Below, in pieces: positions 30,200-32,000 of a DNA stretch of 32,000 bases. The notes under the pieces were generated by a model, which had not been told where the DNA came from, made no database searches, and worked only from the letters and a program-made list of their open reading frames with translations. Position 1 is the first letter of the stretch. Each line of letters starts with the position of its first letter. Made by a program: the position numbers and the translations under genes. This DNA comes from Candidatus Saccharimonadota bacterium (GTDB lineage: Bacteria; Patescibacteriota; Saccharimonadia; Saccharimonadales; UBA4665). Where the stretch lies: assembly GCA_003516025.1 (NCBI GenBank), contig CP023991.1, positions 811,374 through 843,373 on the forward strand. The letters run 5' to 3'.

Positions 30200-32000
30200 T
30201 TAGAATTGCCGTATAGGCAGAATGTAAAAAGTACTGTTTTTACCGCCGTTAGACTCGCCGCCGCTGCTCAGGATCTGTATATAAGCATGCCCACCGTCAA
30301 GCAGGTCAGAAGACGACCAGAAGTAGCCAAAAATACCGGTGGGAAAAGCAGTACTGAAGAAGCTGTTCCGTAGATATACTTGGGTTAATTCATCTTTACT
30401 TGGCAAGAACCAGTCACTGTAGCCATTAAGCACGTAATCATCGGCTACTTTGGCTGCCGTACCGGCGTCAGCACAGCCAGTGACAATAGCAGCTGTATTT
30501 TGCTTACCCGTGCCGATAGCGGTACCATTGGCGCCGGCGATATCAGTACTCGCACAACCCCACCTAGGCTTACTGGAATCGTAATTTGGAGCCGCCTCCA
30601 GATAGCGCCAGCCATCGCTAAAGCTGCTTTTATCATAGACAATGATACCACCGGCTGGACCGGTATCACCGAGCGCATAGGTTTCCGCGCCACCCGTGCC
30701 ACCTGAGCCGCCGGTAGATCCACCGCTGGAAGCGGTATCGCCACAGGTATCGAGCGGACTTAATCCGGCATTTTCCTGTAGCGTTTTACCACCGCGCAAC
30801 CGGACATCAGGGGCAGGGTGACCCTGCTTATAGGTAATGGTCACATCCTGCAAACTGGCCAGGATGCTACTGGAGTCACTAAATACACCAGTCTGGGCGT
30901 CATCCAGTTCAACGGATACCATCAGGTAGCGCACACTGGGCAGACTGCTGCTACAGGCCGTACTAGTAATCGCAGTTGAAACAGGATTAGATCCTAAAAT
31001 TCCGTCTGTACCCGCCACTCTCACCGATATGTCATTGTAGCCGTCACGCAGTGTGCCAGTATATGAGATGTTCGTGATATTTGCCGCCATCCCCAAGTCA
31101 ACAAGCTTAGAATACTTGCCCTCTCGGGAAATCATATTCAGCGGGGCGTATTGGACGTAGTTTTGATACGTCGTATCATATCCGCCGGTCGCGTAAAGAT
31201 AGCCTCTGTAAATAGCAACAGCATGTGTATCACGGCCAGTGGTTAAGCTCGTAGTAGTCGTCCAATCCCCGAGTGTGCCGTTGGCGTTGATGGGAGCGTA
31301 TTGGACGTCACTAAATTCTGTCGTGCCGTCCCATCCTCCCATCACATAGAGATAGCCGTTGTAAACGATGGAGGCATGTCCGTTTCTAGCAGTTGTGAAG
31401 CTGGTAGTGGCAGCCCAGGCGCCCACCGTGCCATTGGCGTTGATGGGAGCGTATTGGACGTCATTCAAACGTATATTGCTATATCCGCCGATGACATAAA
31501 TGTAGCCGTTGTAAACAACAGAGGTATGCGAAGACCGGCCTGTTGTGAAGCTAGTAGTGGCAGCCCAGGCGCCCACCGTGCCATTGGCGTTGATGGGAGC
31601 GTATTGGACATCATTCAGGTTAGAAGAGCCACTATATCCACCAAGAACATACAGATAGCCGTTGTAAACGACAGAGGTATGCGAATTTCTGGCGGTCGTG
31701 GAATTAGTAGTGGCAGCCCAGGCGCCCACCGTGCCATTGGCGTTGATGGGAGCGTATTGGACGTCATTCAGGTAGGTAGAGCCATTATGCCCTCCCATCA
31801 CATACAGATAGCCGTTGTAAACAATAGACGTATGCGCGTACCGGCTATTTGGGAAGCTGGTGGTGGCAGCCCAGGCGCCCACCGTGCCATTGGCGTTGAT
31901 GGGAGCGTATTGGACGTCATTCAGATATGCGTTACCGCTATAACCTCCAAGAACATACAGATAGCCGTTGTAGGCGACAGAGGTATGCGCGTACCGGCCT
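30200..32000 (-). CDS. Kelch-repeat beta-propeller protein with Gly/Ser linker and DUF1566 (Lcl C-terminal, C-type-lectin-like) domain; 5' end outside the window
   Basis: At least six 50-51-aa blades are visible (…YNGYLYVxGG…DVQYAPINANGTVGAWAATT…). The reading frame stays open to the window edge, and the track's start at 31882 is an internal GTG. The C-terminus GYSDWFLPSKDELTQVY...YFWSSS... matches the DUF1566 pattern (DWRLPT..EL..L....YWSS). Confidence 0.75.
   Translation of the reverse strand, partial: GRYAHTSVAYNGYLYVLGGYSGNAYLNDVQYAPINANGTVGAWAATTSFPNSRYAHTSIVYNGYLYVMGGHNGSTYLNDVQYAPINANGTVGAWAATTNSTTARNSHTSVVYNGYLYVLGGYSGSSNLNDVQYAPINANGTVGAWAATTSFTTGRSSHTSVVYNGYIYVIGGYSNIRLNDVQYAPINANGTVGAWAATTSFTTARNGHASIVYNGYLYVMGGWDGTTEFSDVQYAPINANGTLGDWTTTTSLTTGRDTHAVAIYRGYLYATGGYDTTYQNYVQYAPLNMISREGKYSKLVDLGMAANITNISYTGTLRDGYNDISVRVAGTDGILGSNPVSTAITSTACSSSLPSVRYLMVSVELDDAQTGVFSDSSSILASLQDVTITYKQGHPAPDVRLRGGKTLQENAGLSPLDTCGDTASSGGSTGGSGGTGGAETYALGDTGPAGGIIVYDKSSFSDGWRYLEAAPNYDSSKPRWGCASTDIAGANGTAIGTGKQNTAAIVTGCADAGTAAKVADDYVLNGYSDWFLPSKDELTQVYLRNSFFSTAFPTGIFGYFWSSSDLLDGGHAYIQILSSGGESNGGKNSTFYILPIRQF
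31261..32000. repeat. Tandem 150-153 bp coding repeats (Kelch blades) with long identical cores
   Basis: The 49-nt string cagcccaggcgcccaccgtgccattggcgttgatgggagcgtattggac occurs identically at 31411, 31561, 31714 and 31867. Degenerate copies lie near 31271 and 31141. A second conserved block, atagccgttgtaaac, recurs in each unit. Confidence 0.9.

Noticed and set aside
30200-30400. A diversity-generating retroelement acting on the DUF1566 C-terminus, with 21389-21799 as its Avd
   Set aside because: The window contains no reverse transcriptase. I could find no second copy (template repeat) of the 3' end of the gene. The Avd-like gene lies about 8.5 kb away among translation genes. I kept this only as a low-priority genome-wide check.
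1-32000. CRISPR arrays, tRNA/rRNA/tmRNA genes, transposases, integrases and prophage or defence islands
   Set aside because: No short direct repeats with regular spacers were seen. All sizeable non-coding gaps (the largest is 19143-19368) are explained by promoters, leaders or terminators. No ORF has recombinase or transposase motifs.

Overview
This is a gene-dense chromosomal window with about 36 CDSs and short intergenic gaps, most of them housekeeping genes. The minus strand carries serS, a TRAM/RumA-type rRNA methyltransferase, msrA, lysS, greA, proS, rseP, frr, tsf, rpsB, htrA, an LCP-family ligase and parB-parA. The plus strand carries rpmE (type B), prfA-prmC, lepB and a NUDIX hydrolase. 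I found no rRNA, tRNA, CRISPR array, transposase, integrase or prophage signature. The envelope genes point to a monoderm cell: LCP, an LPXTG-like sorting signal, a lipobox lipoprotein, LepB and HtrA. Several core proteins are trimmed or altered: ProRS lacks the INS editing domain, EF-Ts is only 198 aa, and L31 type B carries an Ala/Lys tail. Together these suggest a small-genome lineage such as Patescibacteria/Saccharibacteria, but that is inference, not proof. Accessory content is limited. It comprises a DUF11-like wall-anchored protein, a 506-aa single-pass surface protein, a truncated Kelch-propeller protein with a DUF1566/C-type-lectin-like C-terminus built on near-identical 150-153 bp DNA repeats, a Cas4-like nuclease beside a degenerate HD-GYP-like protein, an Avd/23S-IVS-type four-helix-bundle protein, and five ORFs I cannot assign. 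I did not find a convincing multi-gene novel system such as a defence island or biosynthetic cluster. The most interesting signals are genome-style features read directly from the sequence. (1) TGA is absent both as a stop and as an in-frame codon in all 36 genes (24 TAA, 12 TAG), next to an RF1-PrmC module. (2) A -10 hexamer repeatedly sits 6-7 nt upstream of an ATG with no SD, implying leaderless mRNAs alongside classical SD-led genes. (3) rpsB has a structured leader of about 120 nt containing an anti-SD-like element. (4) An unannotated 91-aa ORF exactly fills the rpsB-tsf spacer. (5) A perfect TGTGA-N6-TCACA palindrome lies between convergent genes.
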